From the NCBI GenBank assembly GCA_030390025.1, contig CM059449.1, positions 38,316,001-38,380,000 of the forward strand: 64,000 bases of DNA, in the 5' to 3' direction. Below the pieces are notes generated by a model. That model was given only the letters and a program-made list of their open reading frames with translations. It did no database searches and was not told the DNA's origin. The DNA comes from Squalus acanthias. Lineage: Eukaryota. Position 1 is the stretch's first letter; the number at the start of each line of letters is the position of its first letter. The position numbers were made by a program, and so were the translations under genes. Shown here in pieces: positions 52,244-64,000 of this stretch.

Positions 52244-53719
52244 CTAGGATATAATACAAAACAACATCATTGGCATATCAAATATCAGAAATGTCCGTTT
52301 GCAAAACAACTTGTGAAAAATTATTTATTCCGAAAAATGCGAGATCACTGGATATTTTGCCATCGATCCCGTATTAAACCATTGCAGAGAAGACAAAATG
52401 AGCCTTAATATTTAATGTTATCCATTTACAAGAATATTCCCATTTTCCAAATAAATGAAAAATGTGATGGGTCGAATAAATTACATCAGCTCATCTCATT
52501 TGTAAATCGTAACTTTAAGATTTTAGTCCCACGTCTGACCTGGGGATTCTTTGGTGAATTAGTGAGGAAGTGCATCCAGAATTATGGTACTAAGCCGTGC
52601 AGAATCCACCCCTGGTGCGTGCGCAGTGCTCTACTCCCAGCCCGCTGCTTGTAGCGACATTAAAATTGGCCTCAGATTTACTGAGCGAAAGAGGGGGAAA
52701 AGCAGCTTGAATATATGCAAATTGCGGTTAAAGGAGGTTATCAGGGCCCTCAGCAATATTTCCCTCTCTGCCTACATTGTTACCGCTAGTTCCTGATCCT
52801 GCCGACACACTGGAACCACTCGGGAGGCAGATATTACAGGGATCCTCAGTTGGTCTGAAATAAAATGCTGGAATATTTGGGAGACATTTTACTTCTATTT
52901 TGTTGTAGGATTTCACTACTTAATCTATTTAAATTGCTTGTACTGGCTGCTGAATATTTTGAACTGTTAATGGACTTCTCGTAATTTCACTCTGGAATGT
53001 AGTGGAGGGTCAGTTGTGATTGGAGGAGAGCCATGGGAAGTGTTGAGGGAAGGATTAGTAGTGCAGCGGCTAACTTCAGGCGGTGCGAGGCTGTGCAGAT
53101 AGTAAGAGAGACGTGAAGCCGAGTCTGACCTTGTCAGTCCTGGTGAGGTCATTACGTTTCTTCCTGCAATGCAGACAAATCCTTGGGAAAATGGAACATA
53201 AATTTGTCTTGGGTGGCAGCGCGGAATGGGCGATAGCGAATCAGCAGCCAGCTTTGCCCGCCGCCTGAATTTCTATTCGATTGAAGTCTTTGGAAAAGAA
53301 AATTGGACGATAGACCAAAACAGGCTGTCGATCTCCATCAGCCGCTCTCGGTTACCATGCACTTTATACCCAATGTTGCTGCAATTAACTTGCTCATCCA
53401 CCTCTCGCCATTACAGCTGACTAATTTGACGGGCCTATCGTTACCTATTAGAGGAGTCGAGGTCCTCAATACCGGTGCTAACTTGCTCTACAAGTGCCTC
53501 CACCGTTGCCCAGAGAATCGGAGGACACCTGACCATGTCATGAAAGCTGCTGCTCCAGTAAGTCGCTCTCCATTAACCACCCTTGAAAAGTGCACCGTCC
53601 CTTTAAGGGACTGCAGGCAGCCTTTAAATCAAAAGGTCTTGGCGCTAATTTCATGTAAATGAAGCCGGATCATGAAATTATACTGTCCCCACCAAGTTAA
53701 TCTATCAGACAGACGGAGC

Positions 53720-53940
53720 ATAGGTTTACCAACCCTCCAGAACTATCCCGGAGTCTCCAGGAATTAAAAATTAATCTCCTGGACACCGCTGCAAGAAACT
53801 AGAGAGAAAGATAACAACAACAGCACAACAATCACAATTACAATAATATTAGAGCTGGGAACAGAAGGCGGCTTGACTGGGCTGGAGGTCATGTGATGAA
53901 AGCTCCTGGAATGAGTCCAACCAACGTTGCCAACACGTCG
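53720..53940. mobile_element. Possible hAT-type MITE
   Basis: taggtttaccaaccctccag..ccggagtctccagga start resembles tagggttgccaac TIRs. Confidence 0.4.
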
Positions 53941-54106
53941 GCCTGAATCACCGCACAAATTCCCATCTATGATTGAGGGACATTACTTCAGTCCTGCAGT
54001 AACTCTCTGGCGTGTTTCTTAACCGTCCAACGCCACACGAGGCCCGATCGTCACCTCACCATTTCAACCAACACAGGAGCTCCCCCATGGCATCCGCAAG
54101 GTCCGA

Positions 54107-54320
54107 GGCAGTTAGTGTAACCCGGACTAAAAACGGGGGCAGTCAGTGTAACCCGGACTAAACAAGAGGGCAGTCAGTGTAACCCGGACTAAACATCGGG
54201 GCAGTCATTGTATCCCGGGCGAAACACGGGGCAGTCAGTGTAACCCGAACTAATTACGGAACAGGCAGTATAACCCGGACTAAACACGGGGGCAGTCGGT
54301 GTATCCCGGACTAAACCCGG
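54107..54320. repeat. Minisatellite, ~7 units of ~30 bp (ggcagtcagtgtaacccggactaaacacgg)
   Basis: Visible tandem units in intron 1 of the class I-like gene. Confidence 0.88.
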
Positions 54321-55259
54321 GTCAAATACTTTGTTCATGATGGCGGTCTAGTGCAATAATGAATATAGCCGCACAACTCCTGTCATTTGACTTACCAGGA
54401 ACCACCCTTTGAAAAAAGTAAAGGCTCACTAAAGCAAAGAGGAACATGTTTCAGGGAGTCACTCAGTGAAAACCCTGTACAGCGAGACGGGAAAGTTATG
54501 TCGTTGCCCGAACCTCTCCCACATTATTCTACTTATCTCGTTTAGTGAAACTCATTCTATCCAATGGGAAAGAAATCACCTCCCGTCACTGGGGAGGGAA
54601 TCTCTGGCTCTATTCCCAGCATTAGGAACAGCGGGCAGAATTGGATTAGAAAATAACACACTGGTCAATGGCAAAGACTTGAAACTGGAGGAAGACTGGG
54701 ACACAAATTGAAGGCATCGGCGAGAATATTACCCACTGAACCTGATCGTTAGCGATTATAGAGTTGGCTGTTAAAAGCAGCAGCAATCTCCAATCCTGTG
54801 TTTGCACCTTATCAGAAGAGGTGCAAACCTCACTGGCAAATACAGCCTCGCCTTGTTAAGGTCAATGAAAGGCCAATCACAGGCTGGTCACTTTCAGTGT
54901 TTCTGCTGGGTGATAGAAAGTTTACAAGCTACACAATCTGAAAATTCAACACTCCTCCGTTTCAGTGGCGGTGTAAGCCTATCTGCTTTGAACAGATTGA
55001 GGCTCTGCTAAAATAGTGGAAAGAGGAATTTCAGACCAAGGTACAAATACACTTGTTCATTGACCCTTATTACTCGCTGTACCGCCATACATGTTCTGCC
55101 TAAAATTACTGTTGGCAATATTAGTGAGACATGTTACTGTCCATTGCTGTAACACAGGTGATATCCCACTTGTTTTAAGCAGGCTACACCATTAAAATAA
55201 CAGGCAAAGCAATGTTACACCAATATGGTAAGCGTTTCACCTCCAATAACACCAACATT

Positions 55260-55600
55260 AATTTAGGAACAGGAGGAGGCCATTCATCCCCTCGAGCCTT
55301 TTACTGCCATTCAATTAGATCATGGCTGATCTGTATTTTAACTCCATCCAATCATGGAATAATATAGCACAGAAGGAGGCCATTCGGCCCATTGTGCCTG
55401 TGTCGGCTCTTTGGTATAACGAGCCAATCAGTCCCATTCACCTGCTCTTTCCCCATAGTCCTGTATTTTTGTTTTCCCTTTAATTATTTGTCCAATTCCA
55501 TTTTAAAAGTTTCTGTTAAACCGGCTTCCACCTGATGTCCTGTGCTGGTGAAAGGCGCTGTAGAAATGCAAGTCTTTCTTTCTATCTATCTTTCTTCCGC
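55260..55600 (-). mobile_element. Short CR1 3' ends plus a + strand SINE tail
   Basis: Two gaaggaggccattc 3' UTR motifs; gtgaaaggcgctgtagaaatgcaagtctttctttc tail. Confidence 0.65.
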
Positions 55601-56658
55601 AGCAGCTGTAACAGGTGCCGAAAGCTGCCTCTGGTGCTCACCCCGAACAGCTCCAGGCTGTGAGCAGCAGGCACTGATCAATTCCAACAGTCAGTGGGCT
55701 CGATCTTGAATTTGTGCGATAGTAAAACGGGCGATAGCCAGTCGGCAGCCTTTTTTATAGCTCTCCAGATTTTTACTGCCATTGAACTCAATAGAAGGGG
55801 GAAACGGGGAGAAATATGGAAAACGGGCGGCCGACTCGCTCTCGCCCTCTTTACACCATCGCACAGAGTCAACATGAGCCCGAATGGAACCGCACATGGT
55901 GGGAATCCGCTACAAACAGCAAATGTTGCAAATATGCAGCAGGTCAGTGTGAAAGAGACAGAGAGGTTAACTCTGGGGGCTCAATCTTCACCCGAACCTG
56001 CACGGATCGCCTCAAAGCTTCATTCTAAAGCGAGTCGGAAAGTGTAAAAGAGGTTCCCGGGTCGCTGGAACCCGTTTCCACCTGTGATAAAAGTGAACCC
56101 CTCCCTCTGTATTTTTAATGAATTGTCCGATTTATTGGGAGGTTTAAAAGGTTTTCCAAGTTCCCAGGAGGTAGAAAGAAGCTTTTAAAATGCAGCTTCC
56201 CGCCGGCTGGAGTTACACTGAAACAGGTGTGAACCCGAACCGACTGAGCCGCTTTCCTGCAGGAGTCTCGCCGCTGGGCTCTGGGTCACTCGGGGGTCAG
56301 GTCGGGACTGGGCTCGCGGTTATACTGACACTTCCGTACCCGCAAGCCGCTTAGCAGGAACAAACTGTCCGTCCCCCTCCTGCTTATCAGAGCGAACATA
56401 GAAGCTGTCACAGTAACTGAGCGGTAATGTCAGGCTGTCCGGACAGTAATGGACATCATCTAATCCAAGCAAAGGGATCAGCGAGCCTGAGAAGCAAGAT
56501 GGAGATTCCAATCCCGCTTCATCGCTTCACTTCCGCACACACTGTCCAGTTTCCCTGTGTGAAACACCTGATGTGACCGACAGGCCTGCCGGTTACAGTC
56601 TAAGATCAGAGGGTGAGCCTGGAGACATTCGATGATGCAGCGGGAACCGGCTACTCAC

Positions 56659-56710
56659 CAGACAGGGCCGCGTGTAGGCGGAAGAAACTCAGTACAAGTG
56701 ACAGAAACAT
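56659..56710 (-). CDS. MHC class I-like gene, exon 1 (signal peptide MFLSLVLSFFRLHAALS)
   Basis: ggcATG start, 52 nt, donor g|gtgagt, phase 1 gives G+AG=E of ESHS; CpG-rich surroundings. Confidence 0.82.
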
Positions 56711-56824
56711 GCCGTCCCTTCCGTCCGCCAACCTGCCGTCTCTCCCAGTGACAGAACAAGACTGAGCGCCTTGAATGAATCCGAGCCCAGCTTCACTCAC
56801 AAGTGGGCAGTGTGGGAGCTCACC

Positions 56825-56902
56825 GTCCAATCGCAGTAAAGAGACGTCACTGATTGTTCAGGGATGTCCCTGAACCGTGAGCAGCACCGAAACTGACTCA
56901 CA
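56825..56902 (-). promoter_or_regulatory. MHC-type promoter module: AP-1/partial ISRE, NF-kB-like site, X2/CRE, Y box
   Basis: Minus strand reads TGAGTCAGTTTCGG..GGGACATCCC..TGACGTC..GATTGG, 115-190 bp upstream of the ATG. Confidence 0.6.
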
Positions 56903-58974
56903 GTCCAAGGCCTGCGCCATGTGGCCATGGACAATACACGGCGAGCGGTTAGAAATATGTTTAAAACAGCGCTCCGAGGGTTATGTTGTATAATTGATAA
57001 CAATTAATATATTGTCTGAATCTAGCGGGAAACGCCCTCGTTGCCGCAGAGAGTCGAGTCATAAACTATTCAGCTTGTTGAACCTCAATACAGTGAACCA
57101 CCGAAGTTCATATCACGGCAATTAAACCCTTCCTGACCCCGTGGGGCTATTTTAACCTAACGCGCCCGGCCGAACAACTACCGGCATCGGGGGCAACGCT
57201 GATTTTACCCCGCGCCCAATTTTATTCTCCATTGAAATCAGTGGAGAGTAATATTGTGCGGGAGCGGGAAAGCAGCGTTCCACCCGCCGCGTGAGATCTC
57301 GCCCAGCCACTAAGGTTCAAATTGCCCCAAACTGCGGCTGTCATTGCAGCAGCGGCGTGTGGGCTAATATTTCATTTTTTTTTCATTCCAGCTCACTTTA
57401 CACTTGAACTGACATTACTTTGTGCTTCTGAGCTGTCAAATCAAACTGCAAAATATAAATTCAAAGTACTGAGTAAAAATAAGGACCGAATGACCTGACT
57501 TTCAAATGGGAACTGAATTATTCTAGGAAAAACACCCAATGCTCCAACCATCTCAATTATTACAATTCCTAAATTACCCTAAATCTTCTTATGTAACTAT
57601 GAGTTATATAAAACCAAAGGTTTCTATCAGTAAGGAGAGAAGGCAGGAATTATAGATAGATGGAGATGAATGATGTCTGGGCGCCTTGGTCCAGTTTTCC
57701 CCAAGCCTCGAACCCACCTCACTGGAATAATACACTCGGTGCTAGATGTTCAATAGAAGGGAATTCAGGCGGGTTCTGCAAATGGTGTGGGAGCCTCTCC
57801 ATCTGGTTTTACTCTGTGCTCCGCCAGGCGAGGCTTAATATCCAGGCGGTAAAGATGGGAATCTGCCCCATGGTCATCACCTTGTGAGCAATGTCAACAG
57901 CGACATCAGAAGCACTGGTTTCTTGGTTGCATTTTCACGGTTTGGAAACAGAACTCTAACCTTGATGAGTGGTTAGTGAAACAAGTTGCAACAGTTTGTT
58001 GTGAATACGCACAATATTCCTTCAAGGTGGGCAATTAAAAAATGTTGCTTTGTTGGTGCTTCCCGTCTCCAACAAAGAGTAGATGTGTCCCTCTGATCTG
58101 TGTTGACGTTGAGATTTTATCCAAGGCTGCGACCTGGTGGGATGTGGGATTAGAATTAGCCTCCCTGTTATGGGCTGGCAGATTCCAGGTACACATTGCT
58201 GCTCGATATTGAGAGAACAGCCGCTGGAAGATGCTTGGGCACCTATGTTGGATCGGTCTGTGCTGCGCTGCACTGCCCCTCACAGTGGGATATCCTGCTT
58301 ACTCTCATTCTATGGGCTCGCACCTGAAAGGTTATCTCATCAGAGAAATGAGAGAGGTCGCAGGAACCCGCAGAACTCTGTCTCAGCATCAGGTACCACC
58401 TTCCCTAGAGGAGGGCCAGGTCACAGAATGAGAGGGAAATTCAGAGAGAAAGTGTAAAAACCAAACCAGTGAAAGACGTCTGATTACATTTCTCCCAGCA
58501 ACTGTTTAAGTCTTTTTAAACTAGACTGTCCCACTAACTTATCTAACTTTCCCATGTTTCCACTTTTCCAAAGACTCTCATGTTCCCGTGGGTGAAATTG
58601 GCATTTTATCCATTTGCTAGTCTCTACATTTTACAATATTATTTTTAAAATGCGAGCACTGGGTTTTGTGACACCTGCGGGCCCCTAGAATGATTCACGC
58701 CTGGCGGCTCTTCCTCTTGTAGTTTCACTTCCTCTGAAAGAATTAGCATTGCATTTGAAGAATTATTCAATTCAAGATTCTGTAGAACTTCCAAGTTCCC
58801 TGAGAGCACAACAATCGTTTCATGATCACTTTAAACTGTAAACGTATTTCTTTATTTTTCTGTTATTTTATGTTCGTACAGAACCAGATTTGATATCAGA
58901 GAGAATCCAATTACTCCTCCGATACCTACTGCTCTACCGTGACTCCACCAAACTTCTGCATTGTTGTTTGAGTC

Positions 58975-60570
58975 AATTACATGGAATTACACATTAGAAT
59001 CTTCATCACAGGAACAAGCCATTCGCCTAACTGGTCTATCTGTTTGTTTATACTCCACAGGGGTGTTATCCTAATCTAATTACTGCTTCACACTCTGCCC
59101 CTATATAGCCCTATATTCCCTCCTCCCTCAGGTATGTATCAAGCCCATTCTTAAATATAGCAATGCTCTCTGCTTCAACCATTCCACGTGGCAGCGAGTT
59201 CGACATCTCAGCACTCTGTGTGTAAGGAAATGCCACCGAAATTCTTTACTTAATCTGTAAGTGTCTACAAGAAACCAGCCCCAGCCCAGCCCAATCTTTC
59301 CTCATAGTTGTGTCCTCCCAACTCTGATAACATCTTGCAAATATTTTCTGTACGTTCCCCAGTGCTTCAATATCCTTTTTGTAGCATGGAGTCCAGAACT
59401 GCCCAAAATGCTCCAAATCTGATCTAACCAAGACTCTGTATCAATGTAACATTACATAGAAACATAGAAACATAGAAAATAGGTGCAGGAGTAGATCATT
59501 CGGTCCTTCGAGCCTGCACCACCATTTAATGCGTTCATGGCTGAACATGCTACCTCAGTACCCCATTCCTGCTTTCTCGCCATACCCCTTAATCCCCCTA
59601 GTTGTGAGTATTATATCTAACTCCCTTTTGAATATATTTACCGAACTGGCCTCAACAACCTTCTGTGGTAGAGAATTCCACAGATTCACCACTCTCTGGG
59701 TGAAGAAGTTCCTCCTCATCTCAGTCTTAAATGGCTTCCCCTTTATCCTTAGACTGTGACCCCTGGTTTTAGTTTCCCTAACATTACCTCCCAGTGTTTT
59801 GTTATATTCTGCTCGAAATGAACCCCAGTACTTTGTTTGCAATTTTTATGGTCGTATCACCTTCCGTTGCTACTTCAAAGGATTTGTGCATCTGTGTTTA
59901 CAGATCTGTTTGCTCTTCTACCACATTTACTTTCTTACCTTCCAAGGAATAATTACACTCCTTATTCCTCCTACCAAAAAGAACCACCTCACTATTCGCC
60001 ATATTGAATTTAATTTGTCATTTATCTGCCCACTCTGCGAGCCTGTTTGTGTCTTCTTGTATTTTAGTGCAGTCTCCACATTATTGGCTGCACACCCCAA
60101 TTGGTATCGTGTGCAAATTTCCACACCAGGAGGGAAAAACCCCCCAGGAAATGTATAATGGATGGCTGATCACCAAATTCAAAATCATCCCCCATACATC
60201 GACACTGTGAGTCCAAATCATTGATGTTTATGGTGGACCACAGTGGTCCCAGCACAGATCCCCGCGGGACAACACTTCCCACTTGCTGACAGTCTGGGAA
60301 ACTTCCCTTATCACCCACACCCATGTTGTGTATTCTAACCATCTTTCAATTCAGTCTGATACCTGACCTCTGACTCCACAGGCTCTGACCCTTGCCATGA
60401 GCTTCTTATCGAGCACCTTATGGAAGGCCTTTTGAATGTCCATGTAGATCACACCTACTGCATTGCCCTTGTGTATTCTTTCCATTAATTCTTCAACTTA
60501 TTCAATAAGGTTGGTTAAACGTGGCCTTCCTTTTACAAACCCATGCTGACAATTTTATATTATATTCTCC
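58975..60570 (-). mobile_element. Old CR1 with a nested younger CR1 3' end (~59455-59775)
   Basis: VPRGSVLGPL, RSDLEHFGQFWTP; acatagaa-repeat tail and RRNFFTQRVVNLWNSLP. Confidence 0.85.
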
Positions 60571-61009
60571 AGGGGTAAATTGATCTCGGGCCCAGCGCAA
60601 AACAGGCGATGGTGAAGTGACTGGAAAACATTTAATTTAAGTGACATAAAGTGGGATGTCCAAAAATGAGTAAATTATATATTGCAACCTATATACTTCT
60701 AGCGTTTGATAATCAAGTCAAATGTGTTTTATTATAATTCTTCTACTGAATTCAAATCTGGCGACTGGGAAACAGGCGTCTGACACGAACTCACCCCGTC
60801 CCTGCCGGGTTAGGCTAAAATTACCACCAGATGATGTAATTCATCATCTGGAAGCAATATATGTCAGAAGGACGCAGAGAATTATGAACACAGATGTGTA
60901 CACTAAGGCTTCGTCTGATATTCCATCCTGCTCATCAACTTCGTAATATTTAATTTGTTTCCACTATCTATAGCAACAGTGACACTAAATATTATGTCAG
61001 TGATTCTGT

Positions 61010-61430
61010 GGGGAGACTAGAGAAGCTGGGATTGTTCTCCTTCCAGCAGAGATGATTAAGCTGTAATAGACATGATGAAAATCATGAATGGATTTGAAAG
61101 AGTAAATAAGGAGCAACTATTTCCACTGAAAGAAGGGTCATGTAATGAAAGGACTCAGATTTATGGTAGTTGGCAAAGGAACCACAGTTGAGATGAGGAG
61201 AGTTTATTTTACGCAGTGAGTTGCTGTAATCTGGAATGCACTGCATGAAAGGGTGGTGGAAGCAGATTCAATTATAACTTTCAAACGGGAAATGTATAAA
61301 TATTTGAAGGGAAGAGAATTGCAGGTTTTGGGGAACAAACAGGGGAGTACGACTAATTCAATAGCTCTTTCAAAGAGCCGGCACAGGCTAGATTGGCCGA
61401 ATGGCCTCCTCCTAAGCTGTAAAGTTCCAT
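61010..61430 (+). mobile_element. CR1 3' fragment
   Basis: Similar to 48000-48332. Confidence 0.78.
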
Positions 61431-62705
61431 AATTGTTCAGGTTATGACTATCGCTGTGCTATTGATTATGTACATTTTAGATAATCTCAGATTATATCTG
61501 ATGGTGTCCCAGTGGGGTGTCACAGTGCTTACCTGACATAACTTTAATTTTAAGACTTCACTACAAAACTTAGCCAATCCGTTCTTTATGTTCCACGTAA
61601 ATGAAGCTTTTTCCTGTTTGTGTATGAAGCAACATGTAATGGACATCTAATTCAACCCCTCAGTATCAGTCCTATAGATGCAGCAAAGAAGTATCATCAG
61701 GAACCCCTAATGGATTCTTTCATTCACATTAGATGGATGTGGGCCAGATGTTCCTGTCTCTGCACCTGGGAGCTGTTGAATTGTCTGTTGCAGTCAATAT
61801 TAGAAAATCTCCGATGGAGGAGAACGCTTTCCCCAAACGGAGCTTTCTGATTGTCCATTCATTCCTTTATATGGATGGAAGATTGGGCAGACCTCTGCAT
61901 AGTGTGTTCGCTTCCCCGCCCAATGTTGAACTGAGATGTGATTTCAGATTCCATAGTTATTATAACTAATAATGTCTAGAGATGGAAAAAAAACTAAGAG
62001 TGTAGACACTGTAGATTAGATCTAGTCGGTTTTGGTTAGGCTTGAGACAGACACGAAGAATTATCAAGGCACAAGTATCATTCATTAAATGATTGTTAAA
62101 TGTCTCTAAACTACAACTATTCATCAAATATGCAAAGAAACGGCTACTAAATCAGTAAACCAGTAATATATATAACTGCAAGCGTATTATAAGATGTTAT
62201 GATTTGTTCTTCCTATGTGACCGACTCAGTCAAGCCAGCATTTATTGTCCATTCGTTCTTGCCTTGACTGCATTAAGAGCAGCTATGTTGGGTGGGATAG
62301 CATCACTTGTAGGCCAGACCAGATAGAGAGTGTCAGGTCTCCTTCTCTGTAAGACATTAGTGAAACAGTGCGGTTTTTATGATAATCCGCCAGCTTCCGT
62401 GGTCATTTGTCTTGGTGGTAGCCCACAAATTATCAGACTTACTGCTTTCAATTTTACAAATTCCTATATTGGAATTTGGACTCAAAACCTTTCCGATGCT
62501 CGTCCAGTACTACCTTCACTAGGCTACTGTATTATCCCCCTCACTCGTTCTGGAACATTGCTAATGTATTTCCAGAATACTGCTTTCATAGTTCTCTGGT
62601 ACAGCTGAATGAATAGGCAACAGTAAATAATATAATTCAACTGGGATTGTGGGCTGTGCGTTTCACCAGGTGGATCCAGGGGGATTTTTTTACAAATCAA
62701 CTTAC

Positions 62706-62965
62706 TTGAACTGAGGTTCATCTGTTGTAACGTTCTGGAAACTTGCCCTTTCTGACTCCGTGGAAACTGGCTAGAGTAATTGTGAGTTCCTCACAGTAAC
62801 TGGTGTCACAGAAAGTCACCATCCACTGATTCCTTGGAACCGTTATGCACATATTGCTGTCACAATAGTCTATCTCACAGCCATCCACAATCTCCATTTT
62901 ACTATAGTCCGGAAGATGAGAACTCCCATGGTTCACTGTGTAGTGATGCATCAAAGAGTGAGAAT
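62706..62965 (-). pseudogene. Orphan, frameshifted alpha-1 exon of a second MHC class I-like paralogue
   Basis: DSHSLMHHYTVNHG..LPDYS..VDGCEI..VPRNQWM..FHG; ctag|...|gtaagt; 260 nt vs 261, giving TGA at 62720-62718; no a2/a3 seen before 56710. Confidence 0.8.
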
Positions 62966-64000
62966 CTAGAACACCATAATATATTGGTATAACATCAAGT
63001 GTTAGAAATCAGTTCACTGAGCAATTTGTGCAAGAATCTGAACTTATATTCTGACATCAGAAATATTAAATTAGTGGAAATTAATACACGTTTCCTGAGA
63101 AGATAAAATGANNNNNNNNNNNNNNNNNNNNNNNNNNNNNNNNNNNNNNNNNNNNNNNNNNNNNNNNNNNNNNNNNNNNNNNNNNNNNNNNNNNNNNNNN
63201 NNNNNNNNNNNNNNNNNNNNNNNNNNNNNNNNNNNNNNNNNNNNNNNNNNNNNNNNNNNNNNNNNNNNNNNNNNNNNNNNNNNNNNNNNNNNNNNNNNNN
63301 NNNNNNNNNNNNTTTGAAATTATGAAATCTGGCCACGGGTTCCCACAAATCACTCAAACATCTTTGTGTGGGTTTTTTTTCCCAATCGCTGTTGTCTGAA
63401 CGTTCTGTTGTCCACAATAAGAGATTAAATTTTAAAACGTCAACGATTATATTTTACAGTACAATCATTAATTCTATCCAGTAAATGGTCTTTTGCATCT
63501 TTTAATGCCTTCCTCAAGCTGTTTATCTGAAGGCCTCATCCTCTTTCAGAAGCTTGGTCTTTGAGTTGGATGGTGACGGTTCAATCTGGGATTGTTAACT
63601 AGGCCTAATTTCCCAGCATACAAATGTAGCGATCAGTGAGCGGGGAATGTTTTTCTTTACATTTTACCAGGTTTTTCTCAATGATGTTTCCTGAACTAAT
63701 ATTGAAGAAACCTGGACGACCAGTGACAAATCTTTATTGTGATAAAACATAGGCTACATTTTCTCTACAAGAAAAGGCCATTGGGCCCATTGCAACTCAT
63801 CCCTCCGGGGTTAGGACTGTCCCAGTAGATTGGAACTTCATTGGGAACACCATGCTTTCCTACTGAGGAATTCATCGTAGCTTTCATCATCCTTGAGGAA
63901 AGTTGCTCCTAATATTTGTTTTCAATTACCAAGCCATTAACCTAAATCTGTGTCTTCTGACTTACTTTAAAATTTTATACTGCAGTCTTGAAAGTAGCCT

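Noticed and set aside
53764-53958. Hydrophobic ORF as a leader or TM exon
   Set aside because: Derived from low-complexity ACA repeats within a probable MITE; a better leader exists at 56659-56710

Overview
Eukaryotic, repeat-rich vertebrate DNA. It is most likely from a cartilaginous fish (shark), inferred from the CR1/L2/Penelope/DeuSINE repeat types and the gene families; there are no prokaryotic features. Two gene families are interleaved on opposite strands. (1) Minus strand: a 7-exon non-classical MHC class I-like heavy-chain gene reconstructed from splice sites and phases. Exons: leader 56710-56659, a1 52243-51983, a2 46449-46174, a3 45945-45679, TM 42033-41928, and putative cytoplasmic exons 30661-30630 and 27741-27620 (1116 nt, 371 aa). 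It has an SXY/NF-kB-like promoter, and a frameshifted orphan a1 exon of a paralogue lies at 62965-62706. (2) Plus strand: three copies of a two-exon GPR139/GPR142-like class A GPCR unit. One is intact (6519-9257), one is an orphan exon 1 (19128-19197), and one is a 4-stop pseudogene (31214-35587). If the two tail exons are real, that pseudogene is nested antisense inside intron 5 of the class I gene. The rest is CR1, L2, Tx1-like and Penelope fragments (one with a minimal hammerhead ribozyme motif), SINEs, several MITE families, minisatellites, microsatellites and N gaps. All family assignments come from motif recognition, not database searches.
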